Shown here: piece after piece, positions 48,430-61,495 of the stretch
Layout of the letters: each line of letters starts with the position of its first letter
How positions within the stretch are numbered: the first letter of the stretch is position 1
Source of the DNA: Podarcis bocagei
Taxonomy: Eukaryota
Length of the DNA: 64,000 nt
Reading direction: 5' to 3' (one strand)
NCBI GenBank assembly: GCA_964188305.1
Contig: OZ076885.1
Translations under genes and position numbers: made by a program
The notes under the pieces: model-generated
What the model was told of the DNA's origin: nothing
The model's input: only the letters and a program-made list of their open reading frames with translations
The model's database searches: none

Positions 48430-49200
48430 AGGGAGCTACTACAGAAAAGGTCACATGGTGTGGGCCTGATCCCGTGGGGCACGTCTTATGCTCTGATCTG
48501 GGAGCCTCCTGTGCCCATGAAAGCCTCCACCATACCCAACCCCATCATTTTTGAACCCTGAGTTTCAAAATTCCTGCCCTGGGCAAGGGGATGGACTGTC
48601 TGCTGAAAGACCAGCTCCCAGGGTCAGGCTGTACATTTTTCCTTTAGCGAGCATTATGCCACACTGGAAAACAGCCAGAATAAGTAAGACAGAGGCATTC
48701 AGAGCTAGAACACGTACACATTTCTTTTAACCCCCCCCCCCGCCAAAAAAAGGGGAGGGTGTGTAAAATAGTTGAGCCCTGGAGCCACCGGTATTTTATA
48801 TCCAAAGACAAGATCATACATATAATGCTTAAGCAGTTATTTGTTTGCATGCTCAGTAACAAAAAAACACAGTCGTCATGGTAACGGGGACTGGCTGCCC
48901 CTGTTCCTTCCTATCGTTTCCATTAAAATGCTCAGATTCCTCAAATGTCTCCTATAGTGCTACCCCCATCCCAAAATCCCCCCAGAGCACATTTTTCCGG
49001 TCTTCCGTTCAGTTCTCCATGTTTCCACATCACTTTGCCATATATATTTTTAAGACCTCGTGAAAATTCATCAGCATTTTGGTGTGAGCTTCTCTGAATA
49101 TTCACATTTTTGCAAAGCAATCTTTCCTAATATAATGAATTTTTTGGGGGGTATGCCATTACATGGATATAGGCATTTTTATGCATGCTTTGCCCTAGTA

Positions 49201-49694
49201 CAGGGGTCTGCAACCTTTAAGACAAAAAGAGCCACTTGGACCCATTTCCGAAGAAAAAAAAAACTGGGAGCCGCAAAACTCGTCATTATAAAAATAACTT
49301 TTTGGTCACTTTTTTATTATTTCTTTGTTTGACCCCTCAGAATTACTCCTCCTCATAGAAATAAAAGTTAAATCAACAAGTTACCTTTGTGTGTGTGTGT
49401 GTTCTTCACTCCCCTTCAAAACAGTGACCAGCGTACATGCCCCCTTTCAATGCAGTGACCAGCGTACATGCCCCTTACAATGTAGCGGGCGGGCGGGAAG
49501 GTGACGTCGGGACGGTGCATGACTAACGCATGCACCGCCCCCATGTGACATCACAGCCAGTACAGCGCCCGCCACAGTGGGGAGTGTCGGGGCGCACAAT
49601 GCGCCTCCTCCCCTTGCTAGTATCCGCCCCGGAGCCGCGGCAAAGGTGTAAAAGAGCCACGTGCAGCTCCGGAGCCGCAGGTTGCAGACCCCTG
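49201..49694. mobile_element. hAT MITE
   Basis: perfect 16-bp TIR CAGGGGTCTGCAACCT; 8-bp TSD ccctagta/ccctatta. Confidence 0.85.
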
Positions 49695-50035
49695 CCCTAT
49701 TATATGAATTTTTGCACGCATTCTTTTGCTGGAAAACTGGTGGATGAGTCATGTGTTACAGCCATGGCGACTACTGTGACCCTCCTAAAGGCCTCAGCAG
49801 TCAGGTGGGTATGTAAGGAATCAGGTGGTCCTTAAAGTATCCTGATCCAAGTTATTAAGGGCCTTAGGTTCAACAGAGTTGTTGCATGAACAGAATGAAG
49901 GTTGGGAACCCCAAAATAGATTTAAGAGGTGTATGGGGAGAGGACTCCAGTTGCCTGAGCAGAAATTAATACAAGAACTTTGAACTTACCCTAGTCTCAT
50001 TTGGGCAGCCTGTGCAAAGTTTTAAGCTCTTGAGA

Positions 50036-50085
<50 letters not shown>
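50036..50085. repeat. (ATT)n microsatellite
   Basis: direct reading. Confidence 0.95.
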
Positions 50086-50086
<1 letters not shown>

Positions 50087-50245
50087 AATTTGTATGCCAC
50101 CTTCCATTCGGAGATCTCAGGGCAGTTCACAGCGTTATGAGTAGTTAGTTTTTGACAGTCAAAATCCAATAGTGCTTTTTTTAGTATTTAACAACTCTTG
50201 CTGAAACTCTAACCGCTTGAATTTCATGTTCAACAACCGATAAAC

Positions 50246-50276
<31 letters not shown>

Positions 50277-51474
50277 CCGGACGCTAAAGGGACTGACAAT
50301 GAATGTATAACACTGCATATTGGGACTTTTGAGGTCAACGTTTCAGAAACCAGACGTCTTTGAATTTCGCTTCCAGTTTTGAGATCTTGACAAATTGTGC
50401 ATGGAATTCCTTCGTTCTCTTAAGCAAAACTGCAATGCTGGGGCCTTCAAAGTAGTCTGTTCTCTCCTCTACACAGATGAGAGACTGAAGGCCAGATTTT
50501 GAAATGGTACGAAATTCTGTGTCCGCCCCAAGTATCGATTTACTTGGAGACACTTAATGATGAGCCTCAATGCCTCATCATTTATTAAACAACAGACAAT
50601 GGGTTTTTGCTAACAGTTGCTGCTTTTGCGACTGCAGCCTGGTTCAAACAGGGAAGCTTTTGCAGTATCTGAAAATACTTTAATGGAAGCATTTTTCGTG
50701 TGCCTGATTATTATTTTCTCTCCAGAGAGGACACATGGCTTGTGGGAAAGAGAAAGCATCCACCATGAAACAGGAACATAAGATGCTTATACTGAATCGC
50801 ATCACTGGCCATCTAGTTCTGCAGTGTCTGCACTGGTGGTTGAAGTGGGACTCAAAGACTGTGGACGGGGAGGGGCCTGCTTTAGACCACGCCAGGTGGG
50901 TGCAGAGCCAAGGAGACCCCAGAGGGAAGCTCCTGACATTTCCTCCCTGGTAGGTGAAGACCACCAGTGCCTTCTATTTACCGAGAGACCACTCTGGAGT
51001 GCAATTTCTCGGAGGCCAGATCAGTTGCTCTTGCAGATCCTGCCACCTCACCTTGCCTCAGGGGTGGGCCAGCCCTGCCGGCCACCCAAGGCCATTCATT
51101 TCCCCCGTGGCGAATGCATTCTGGTCCAAATCACCCAATTCAAGTCCTCCGAACAGTTGTTTCAAGCCAGATCATCATCCCTTACCATTCCTGGCGATGT
51201 CATCTGACAGACATGTCTCCAAGCCTCATCAAAGCCTCCTTGGAGATATAATTACTCAGCTGAGCTTATGGCCAGGCAGAATAATCAGCTGCCATTGTCC
51301 CTTTCAGCTATGTCAGGGTGGGAAGCAGGGGTGGAGGAGAAATCAAATGCAGTTTGCACTGAATGCAAAACACTTTTCGAAACAGGATGAGAACCGAACC
51401 ACAGACATCCTTCGAAATGTGTCCATATCTGAATTTTGTGATGCTGTTTTTCAGCCAACCAATGTTTGCAAACA

Positions 51475-51707
51475 CAGTCATACCTCATGTTACGTTTGCT
51501 TCACATTGAGGCTTTTCAGGTTACGCAAGTGTTTACTTCCAGGTTCACCACGCACGCGTACACAGAAGTGATCTGCACACTTTGCACATGCGCAGAAGCA
51601 CTCTATCACACTTCGCGCACACTCAGTAGCAGCGTTCTACTTATGGACTTTTCAGGGTGCGAACGGCACCGCGAAACGGATCGCGTTCGTAAGTAGAGGT
51701 ACCACTG
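51475..51707. mobile_element. Tc1/mariner-superfamily MITE nested in a hAT-like element
   Basis: CAGTCATACCTC...GAGGTACCACTG|TA. Confidence 0.78.
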
Positions 51708-53577
51708 TATGCACATATTAGAGGCAAATGAAAATGCGTTAAATTAAGGTAACTTGCTTGCTAAAATGTGCGCATTGGTCAGAACCATGAATATTTGCAC
51801 TAAAATGGTGGTGAATTTTCATGAGGTTTCTTTTTAAAAATGCAGATTGCTGCAGAAATGTGGAGAACCGAATTTAAGGATAGGAAACCAAGGAACTGAG
51901 AAACCCGAAACTGACAGATCCTTCTGTCCCTGGCGGGAAAGTTAGACGACAACATCCTCTGGTCATGGTGGCTGGCTTAATGGCTCCTGAAGTCCAACCA
52001 CAATCCTGAGGACCATAAGGCTCTCCCCCATCTTGTGCTACACATTCGTTCTCTGGAGACCTTGCCAGAACCCTGAGGGCTCTCGGCTCAAAGGAGACAG
52101 GAAACGCCGGTGCTTGCCAGGTATTTCGGTGGCACCAGAGTCCAGGAGAAGATGGGGATGTTGAGACTCTGTGCAAGGCTGGGATATGTGATTTTCTTCT
52201 CTAGCATCAGAAGAGATATAGATATAGAAATGCACACACATGCATGCATAGACTTCTAAGCCGTGTGTTTGCACACTCAGCCCAAGCACTTTGCCAAGCA
52301 ACCTAGAATTTCTGCCGTTCCAGGGCACCGCGTCTTCCATTTGCTTCTTAATTACAGGGTTGAACACGCAATTAAACAGCAGCTAAGCCCCTACACGCAT
52401 GGAATGTAACACAGCATTACTTTGTTTCACCTGAAAGACAACTTGTAAAAGCCACAAATGAGCAATTAAAAGAAAGAAAAGAACAGAAGAAACAGGCTGG
52501 AAGGGAGGTAATAAAAGGAGAAGCGAGATAAATGGTTTTCTCCCTCCTGTGTTCCCCCCGCTTCCCCCCACCCCCCCAAGTTAATAATTAATCTTTTTGC
52601 TATTCTGTTAAAAGACAACTATCTCCCCATCAGGAAGTGGTTGTCCCTGAAAACAGCTTCTGCAAAATTCTTAAAATGCGGCTTTTGTGGTCGAAAATGT
52701 AATGAATAATTTCCCGTTGGAAGGACTTTTGCTGATGCTGCTGCAGATTCCATAAGGACTTCTGTAAGGCATACAATTAGAAATTATTTGCCATGTTCCT
52801 ATTTCAACAAGTCCTTTCAAGGTGAGATCTTCCCCGGTCAGCATCTGTATTGGAATAGTTTTAAAGGTGTTCTTACGATACTTTTATTGTTTAATCACAT
52901 GTTTTTTGCCGCCCTGGGCTCCTTTGGGAGGCGGGGAGGGATGTAGAATCACAGAATCATAGAGTGAGAAGGGACTCCAAGGGTCATTGACCTCTCTGCA
53001 ATGCAGGAATCTCAGCTAAAGCATCCATGACGGATGCTTGAATTTAATAAAATAAAATTTCAAACAATTGAAGTTGTTTTTCCTTCCTGTTTTTTTAAAT
53101 ATTTCTTTCCAAAGTTTGTTCTTTGTTATTTCTTTGAGTTTGTCTTTTTGAAAACAGCAACCAATAATTATATTGCTGGCTGCAATATCAATCTTTTCTG
53201 ATTTCTACTAGTTATCGTCCTATTGGAATCAATATTGTGTTGTTTTTGTCTTGTGAACTGCCCTGAGATTTACAGATGAAGAGTACTATACAAATTTAAT
53301 TAATTTAGTAGTAGTAGTAGTAGTAGTAATATTGTACACATACCTTCACTGAAAATGTAATTATTTTAAAAATATTGCTCTTTCCCAGATGCCTTTGTCT
53401 GTGGTGGCAGGATCCTTGGGACAATGAACACACTACATGTTTTTTAGGAACTCTGTAAATAAAGAAAATAAGTGAGATATAAAAGTTGACTGAAGACTGA
53501 TAAAGGAGCAGGTTACAGCTGGACGGTCTAACACGTGTGTGAAATCTCAGGGCAACTTACAACATAAAAACACAAAA

Positions 53578-53802
53578 TAGTCGCACCTTGGTTCTTGAAT
53601 GGAATCCATTCCGGAAGTCCATTCGACTTCCGAAAATGTTCAAAAACCAAGGCACAGCTTCTGATTGGCTGTAGGAGCTTCCTGCACTCAATCGGAAGCT
53701 GCGCCAGATGTTCAGCTTCCAAAAATAATCAGATCCAGGTTTGCGGCATTCAAGAGCCAAAGCGTTCGAGAACTAAGCTGTTTGAAAACCAAGGTACGAC
53801 CG
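53578..53802. mobile_element. Tc1/mariner-superfamily MITE (degenerate)
   Basis: homologous to 17864-18105. Confidence 0.7.
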
Positions 53803-54359
53803 TGAAGAAGAAGAAGAAGAAGAAGAACTCTGAACACTGACCATAAATTCAGAGCTTTCCTGCATCCGACTGGAATGGGCAGCCTAGGATGGGCAACGTA
53901 TGACCCTCTAGATGTGCTTGTTCTAGAGCTCAGCTCCGACCACTGGCCCTGCTGGTCCTGCTGATGGGAGTTGGGAATCCAACAACATCTGGATGGCCAC
54001 AGGGTCTGCTTTGGGATGGCCAGAATGCTTGCAAATCTTTTGTACAAGGGAGAGAGAAATGGCACTTGGATGGAGTAGGGGAGGAAGAGCAAGAAAGGGA
54101 GATGAACATCAGGAAGAGCTAGGAGAGGGGGGACATGAAAGCCAGCTGCTGGGGTAAGACAGAGAGCATCAGAGATGTGGGTAATATCTGGCATTAGCCT
54201 CTGGTACCCTTGGCCTCATCACCTTGGCAAGTGCCCGCCACTAGGCACCTTAATAATTTTTTTTTCTGGCCTGACGCTCCCAAGTAGCACCAGGGAGCTG
54301 GATCTAGCTGCAGTTTCCCACAACGCCCAAGTGCGGTTTCCCTGAGGAATTGTGGTGGA

Positions 54360-54673
54360 CTGTGGTCTAAACCACAGAGCCTAGGACTTGCCGATCAGAA
54401 GGTTGGCAGTTCGAATCCCCGCGATGGGGTGAGCTCCCGTTGCTCAGTCCCTGCTCCTGCCAACCTAGCAGTTCGAAAGTACGTCAAAGTGCAAGTAGAT
54501 AAATAGGTACCACTCCGGCGGGAAGGTAAGCGGCATTTCTGTGTGCTGCTCTGGTTTTGCCACATGACCCAGAAGCTGTATGCCGGCTCCCTCAGCCAAT
54601 AAAGCGAGATGAGCGCCGCAACCCCAGAGTCGTCCGCGACTGGACCTAACGGTCAGGGGTCCCTTTACCTTTA
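54360..54673 (+). mobile_element. Sauria SINE
   Basis: body with a small internal deletion and an ACCTTT tail. Confidence 0.85.
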
Positions 54674-56814
54674 AACCCAGCTCTGACTGGGGTGCTGCCC
54701 CCTTCCGTGCCAGGTGAGCCCAGAGAAGGGACCCCACCATATTCTGCTTTGGCCACAGCCCTGTCAAACTCGGAGCTGGCCCCAACGTAGGGACTGAAAA
54801 TGATCATACGGGCCTTAGGTGACCCTTCTTCCAAATACTTCCATTTCCTGAATGAAGAAGCCCCCAAGTAGTAAATTAAAACCTACCAGCTTCTCTTTAA
54901 GAGTATTCTTATGTTTAAAAAGATTCTCAAACCCACCCACCCCTTTTTCTAGCAAAGGAAGAATTTCCATCAAAGCTTTGAAGGAGCAACTATAAAAACG
55001 AGCGTGGTCCCTGTACAGAGCATATAATCTTCACTTTAACCTGTAATTTTTCCCCCTACTGGAAGATCAAATTTAGTGCTTTAAGATACAGGCCTAATTA
55101 AGTGTTTTTCTTCTGTCTTTCTTCCCTATTCACCCTCCCCCACTCCTCCCTCAAACGGCAAATTCCTGCATAATAAAACAAGTTATATCACCCTGCAGAA
55201 TTATTATTTTTTTAGTTTGAACATGCCTGTCATTCCAAACAAATTAGATATAAAAGGGTGGGTTTAGGCACATCTCTGAGTAGTAATAAAACAAAGCACT
55301 TTGCAGTATTAAGAGGACAAAGCTGGTTGTTTTCTCCAACCGCGGACCAAGGTGTTAGTTAGGTCTGGGAATTATAGGGCAACGTGAAGAAAGATGTGCT
55401 ATTTTAAGAGCTGTGGGGTCCCATTTGACCGCAGTCTTGTCAAATTCAATACAAATATAGCCTTTTTCTATCCAAGGGAGAACTCTAAAAAGACAGGATT
55501 GCAGGTTCTCAAATCTTGAACCTGGAATAGTTGCCTTTAGAGCTCTTGTTTGTTGTTGGACTAAAACTCCCATCATCGGTGGAACATTGGCCATGTGGCT
55601 GGGACTGATGTGAGTTGGAGTCAAACAACATCTGGAAGGTGCCTATTGGCTAGTACCTGTGAGATACAGAGCTCATCCACACTTCTGTTTCTCCTATACC
55701 TAGAAAGCATAGGTGTAAGCAGTTTTCCACTTGACCCTTGCTTTTTAGGAATGGGCCCAAGACCTGCTCCTTTCCCATCATGGAAAACCCTCCCATTAGT
55801 GCTAAACTGGAACGAACATCAATCCAGAGAAAACCCAAATTGCCATGGATCATCTTTTGGACCCCAGCCGATTCCTGGCACTCGAGTCACCAAAAGAAAC
55901 TCACATGCTGATTTTTAACATTTGTCAGAAAGATTAACAGTACTTTTGTTGTTGAGGTTTTTGTATGTGTTGTGTGTTTCATTTCTGTTTCTGTCACCAC
56001 TTGATTCTACTCATCCTAATCCTAGACTTATTTTTATTATTATTTTTAAAAAGCAAGAAAGCACAGAAGGAGAACCAGAAAAACAACAACATGGAGTGAT
56101 TCTCTTGGCAATTTTGCATTTGATCTCTTTCCTTTCCTTTCTCTTTTCCACCAATGGGTTTTCCTCAACAGATGCTGCATAATTCTTCTGCAGCAACTGA
56201 CAGATCACTAATCATCTCTTTTAGGGGGGCAGATGTGGAAGATCACACCTTCGAAGGTGTTGATTGAATGACAAGCTGACAAGCAGCCAAAATTTCAGGA
56301 GGAAAGGGGGCGGGGGCTCAGCTCCAAAGAGAATCGAAAACAGCTCTAAAGGCCAAAAGATCAAGGTGAACGGTAGAAGGCAACAGATCCCAGGGAACCT
56401 TAGGGCCACTCTAGGAAAAAAACATATATTCCACAAGGTATGCAAAGTTGCAATACTCAGCTGGGATGCATCTAACTCATCAATGCTTCAGGATTTCTAC
56501 GCCACCACAAACAAACAAATAAATAAATAAGAGCAGAAGAGTTTGTTTGTTTGTTTGTTTACGTGGCAGAACATTTCTGCTTCCTCCTTCATCAATTGCT
56601 CTGATAAAGATGAAATGACAGCTGTTTCCAAGGTGGCCGTTGTAGAAAACCTTGAGGGTGGAGCGCTCAGAAGGGCTTCATTTTTGGTGATGCTAAAGCA
56701 GTGCTGGCTAGCGGGTCCAATGATCTAAGCACAGAGGGATAACTCCTGGACGCACAAACTGGACGCATTATCATCGCCTGGTCTCAACCTGGATGATCGG
56801 CACCATCGTCATTT

Positions 56815-57184
56815 TTATTTTCAATTTTTTTTATTAAATTTTCAAAATTTATAAGAAATAAAACACACAAATAGAAAAGAAAAAACAACATTACAATACT
56901 AAAACGGAAAACAACAAAAACAAACATATAATTACTTAATACTTTAAAACCTAATTTAATTTTCATTATTAGCTGACTTCCTCGACTCCCTCCTTACTGG
57001 ATTTCATTGAAACACGTTTTTAACATCTTTCCAATATCTTCTTTCTAATCAAATTATATTCCTTTAATTTACAATGTTCTTTTCTTTCCATAATTATCCA
57101 AATCCATAATATTTTACAATTTATTCTTACTATAATCCTAAGCCCATTTGGTACTTTCAAGTAATTTCTACTTATCGTATGTTA
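56815..57184 (-). mobile_element. L1-like 3' UTR/tail fragment
   Basis: T-rich tail; 16-bp TSD ggcaccatcgtcattt/ggcactatcgtcattt. Confidence 0.7.
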
Positions 57185-57693
57185 GGCACTATCGTCATTT
57201 AGGCATGCTACAGAAAGCCTTAAGGTTTTCGTATCTCAGGTAGCAGAAACCAGTAAACACCGGCAAGCTTATCTCCGTCCCTGAACAATTCTGGGGATCA
57301 GCACCTGGCAACCTTAGACAGCTCCCAGTGGCCCAACACTCTTCAGGACACATTGGTGCTACCATTAAAATGGCAGCCCTCAAACACACAACCATGTAAG
57401 CCAAAAAGGTCCACTAAACAGAGGAAAAGGCCCGCCAAAGCGCGTTTGAGCCAGGAGCCCTTCAGACCTGGAGCTCCCCTGAATGTTCCTCTGCCGTTCC
57501 CTGCCATCACCTTCCCCCCCCCCCCCGTCCCAGCACTGACACATATCTCTACCTTAGAATCAGCGGTAGGAAACCTTTTCCTGACCAAGGGCCACACTTC
57601 CTTCTGGGCAGCCTTTCAGAGGCCACATGCCGGAGGCAAAAGCAAAGGGAACACCAGATGTTCACAATCTAATAAATAAATAAGATTTCTATA

Positions 57694-57935
57694 CAGTGGT
57701 ACCTCGGGTTACATATGCTTCAGGTTACATACGCTTCAGGTTACAGACTCCGCTAACCCAGAAATATTACCTCGGGTTAAGAACTTTGCTTCAGGATGAG
57801 AACAGAAATCATGCTCCAGGGGTGCCGCGACAGCAGGAGGCCCCATTAGCTAAAGTGGTGCTTCAGGTTAAGAACAGTTTCAGGTTAAGAACGGACCTCT
57901 GGAACGAATTAAGTACTTAACCCGAGGTACCACTG
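57694..57935. mobile_element. Tc1/mariner-superfamily MITE
   Basis: TA|CAGTGGTACCTCGGGTTA...TAACCCGAGGTACCACTG|TA. Confidence 0.88.
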
Positions 57936-58008
57936 TACTGCCCTCTATCAAAAGATCTCAGGGCAGTTTGCGAGATACAAAATACAAGGTAAAAGCACAA
58001 ATAGATAC

Positions 58009-58530
58009 TGCCAGGAGCGAGCCAGCAGCCAATCACACAAAAGCAAGTGGAATTAACTCTTTAGTAGGGAAAACAGGATCTGCACTGGAGTGCCAGGCAC
58101 AAGGAGAATAGCAACTCTTATTTGGTAGGTCTTGCGCTTATGAAGCAGTTGGCAAGACTGAAGGGCCCCACCTCCCCACAGTTTACTAAGACCTCTCCTC
58201 TTCAGGGTTTTCCCCAAGCAATCTGAGACTCTGCCTGCATGCCTGCCTTTGCTCCTATCACTTAATGCCTCTTCTGGTTCTGGGAGACTAGTGACAGGGG
58301 AGATTAATCTAAGCAGGAGGGGGAGACACCCATGACTCTTCCCCAACCTGGATCATCTCTGCCTCTTGGCTTCCCTCTTCGCACTCTCCTTCTCCAGCTT
58401 CTGCCTCTGATTCTGGACTTCTCTCTGCCACAGACTCTCCCAGCTCACTAAGCCTTGTTACCTCTTCAGCTTCCCACACCTCCTCTTTCCAGTCTTCTCC
58501 CTCTGACCGCCCACCACCATCCCACCACCA
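58009..58530 (-). mobile_element. LTR-like repeat
   Basis: CA end on the minus strand; AAAGAGTTAA motif shared with 61496-61961; TSD not found. Confidence 0.45.
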
Positions 58531-58534
58531 ATGC

Positions 58535-59443
58535 AGCACTTATAAACACCATCTCCAACTCCTCGAAGGACTCCATCAATGGTATCTCTGAAAATTTTTA
58601 CGTATCACTTGGGAAGACAGGCAAACTAATGTCAGTGTACTGGAAGAAGCAAAGATCACCAGTGTCAAAGCAATGATTCTTCAACATCAACTTCGTTGTA
58701 CTGGTCAGGTTGTTCTGATGCCTGATTATAGTTTTCCAAAACAACTACCCTATTCCAAACTTAAAAATGGAAAGTGTAATGTTGGTGGTAAACAAAAGAG
58801 GTTTTTAGAAGACATCTGAAGGCAGCCCTGTTTAGGGAAGTTTGTAATGTTTGATTCTATTTTTAATATTAGTTGGGAGCCACCCAGAGTGGCTGGGGAA
58901 ACCCAGCCAGATGGGCGGGGTATAAATAAATTATTACAGTGGTACCTCGGGTTAAGTACTTAATTCGTTCCGGAGGTCTGTTCTTAACCTGAAACTGTTT
59001 TTAACCTGAAGCACCACTTTAGCTAATGGGGCCTCCTGCTGCCGCCACACCGCCGGAGCACAATTTCTGTTCTCATCCTGAAGCAAAGTTCTTAACCTGA
59101 AGCACTATTTCTGGGTTAGCAGAGTCTGTAACCTGAAGCGTATGTAACCTGAGGTACCACTGTATTATTATTAAAGACTCACTCAAGGAAAATCTTAAAA
59201 ATGTAGTATAAACGCTGACAGTTGGGAAACCTTGGCCTGCGAGAGAGAAACGAGCTAAGAAGAAGGCACATTTGGCAAACCCTCACCGTGATCAACTCCT
59301 GCCCGGAAACCTATGTCCCCACTGTGGAAGGACATGTGGATGCAGAATTGGCCTCCACAGTCACCTACGGACTCACTGTTAAAACCGTGTTCATGAAAGA
59401 CAATCTTACTCGGCTACGAGCGATCGCCAAAGTACAAGAAGAA
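58535..59443 (+). mobile_element. RTE-clade LINE 3' fragment interrupted by L2 and a MITE
   Basis: degenerate ...HLQLLE..ITWEDRQTNVSVLEEAKITSV..PKQL..LKNGK..QKRF | KDSLK..WETLA; GAA-type tail. Confidence 0.72.
58937..59162. mobile_element. Tc1/mariner-superfamily MITE
   Basis: TA-flanked TIRs; inverted relative to the 57694 copy; sits in the (TTA)n tail of an L2 fragment (58803-58936). Confidence 0.88.
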
Positions 59444-60386
59444 CGAAGGCCACCAATCCCTAGGCTCTAAACTGTCTTCCCTTGGGGGTTCCCCAGCTGG
59501 CTCCTCCCACCATTTCTCTGCGTCCAACCAATGCATGACAGCTACTTTCTATACAAGCTCCCTTGCTGGCTGGGGCTGATGGGAGCTGTAGTCTGGAAGC
59601 TGGCATAGACTGTCATGGTGTTTTCGTATTCCCTCTTCCCAGCTAACAAGCATGCCACAGCTGCAGATCCATCCCAGGACCTGATATCATCTTAGCGCAA
59701 AATGCTTTGCTGGGAGATCCCAATGCTTGCGACGAGAACATTCTGCTGTGTCAATCACGCTCTGTCTCTTCTCCCCCCATCCTTTGGGTTCTCTCACCAA
59801 ACCCAGGAATTTGTCAGTTCCCCTAAGATATGGGGGCACGTCCCACCCACTCTGATAACAGGGTGCACAGCAACTAAGAATAGCTTGTGGCTCGGTTGTC
59901 TCCCTCAGACTTGGGAGTGACAAGAGTATCGTCGGCTCAGAGGAACAAAAGAATCATGACGGCTATGAACCGCAGCGCCAAGAATATTTCATTTCAAAGA
60001 AACTCAGCCCACAACAGCTGGGGCAGCCCAGGCTGCCCTCACGTCCCAAGATCAGAGCTTGCGGAGGACAAGACTATCAACAGCTCCCAGCTATGGTGAT
60101 GGCGTGCTACCTCTCTCAATACCGCTGGCTGGGACTCACAGGTGGGGCGAGGTCCTGCTCATGGACTTCCTAGAGATATCTAGTTGGCCACTGTGAGAAC
60201 AGGGTGCTAGATTTAGCTGGGATAGCTCGGTTGGTAGAGCATGAGACTCCTAATCTCAAGTTTGTGGGTTCAAACCCCACATTGGGTTGGACTAGATGAC
60301 TCTCAGGGTAGGTTTGCCATATTTCAAAAAGTAAAAATCTGGACAGAAAAGTTATTGAGATTTTTCTGGGAAAGCTGTTGAGCTTC

Positions 60387-60389
60387 TTT

Positions 60390-60445
<56 letters not shown>

Positions 60446-60447
60446 TC
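60387..60447. repeat. (TTTC)n microsatellite
   Basis: direct reading. Confidence 0.95.
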
Positions 60448-60474
60448 GTTTTGACCAAAGTGATTACGCCTAGA

Positions 60475-60798
60475 TCTAGAGCTAGGACAAGGCTTAGGGC
60501 AAGGGTTGGAGGTAGGGTTAGGGTTAGGGTTGTGTTCAGGGTTAAGGTTAGAGTTAGATTTAGTGCTAGGGCTAGGGTTAGGGTTATAGGGTTGAGTTAG
60601 GGTTATGGGCAGGGGCAGGGTTACAGTTAGGTTTGGAGGTGGGGTTAGGCCTAGGTTTAGGCTTAGCTTTAGGATTGGGTTTAGGATTAGTGTTTGTGTT
60701 ACACTTACGTTTCAGGCTAAGGTTGGGTTAGGTTTGGAAGTCTGTTTAGGGTTAGGGTTAGCATTAGGATTAGAGCTAGGGTCAGGGTTAAGGTTAGG
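60475..60798 (+). repeat. degenerate interstitial telomere-like (TTAGGG)n tract
   Basis: GGGTTA hexamers mixed with GGGCTA, AGGTTA and GGATTA variants. Confidence 0.8.
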
Positions 60799-61495
60799 CA
60801 ATGCTTTTCTTCAGGGGGTACTCAACCATACACTGTTCTGGCACCTCTGTAACAACTTCATGGTGCCTACCAGTACCTATTTTTCTACAAAAAAACACTG
60901 TTTTCTACCATGGTCCAGTGCACGGGGTGGTTCCTGCAAGGCAAATACAGCCCTCCAAACCTCCCCCATCTGACCCTCAGTACTCACACCACCTCCCATC
61001 CCTGGGCCACGCCTCTCATGAACCCTGCTTTGCACCCTCCATCGGTGTTTCTGATTGGCTGGATTCTCAGCACCTGGTCCTGCCTCTTACTTGCTTGACT
61101 GAAGACCAGAGACATGTGTGTAGAATTTAGCATACTATATACCAGTAATATACATTTCTTGCACTGGGACACAATCCGTCCCATCCCCCCCCCCAAAGCA
61201 AAAGAAGAAGTCATGACTTCCCAGTCATGGCATTCCACCTCCCACTAAGTTCTGGGGCAGGTCTCCTTGGTTCACTTCCCAGCTGGCATCATTTCCCAAT
61301 TTCTCTAGCATAGGACTGAGGAACCTGCTGCCCTGCAGCTCTTGCTGGACTCCAGCTCCCATCAGCCCCAGCTAGCCTAGCCAATGGTCCGGGATGATGG
61401 GAGTTGGAGTCAAGGACCTGGAGAGCCACGGGCTGCTCACCTTCACCCCTCCTCTGAGTGATCCTCACTTTTCCCGATATGGAAGTGTTGCCTGA

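Noticed and set aside
50680-51571. Overlapping ORFs up to 205 aa
   Set aside because: No recognisable domain; the longest runs into hAT and MITE sequence.
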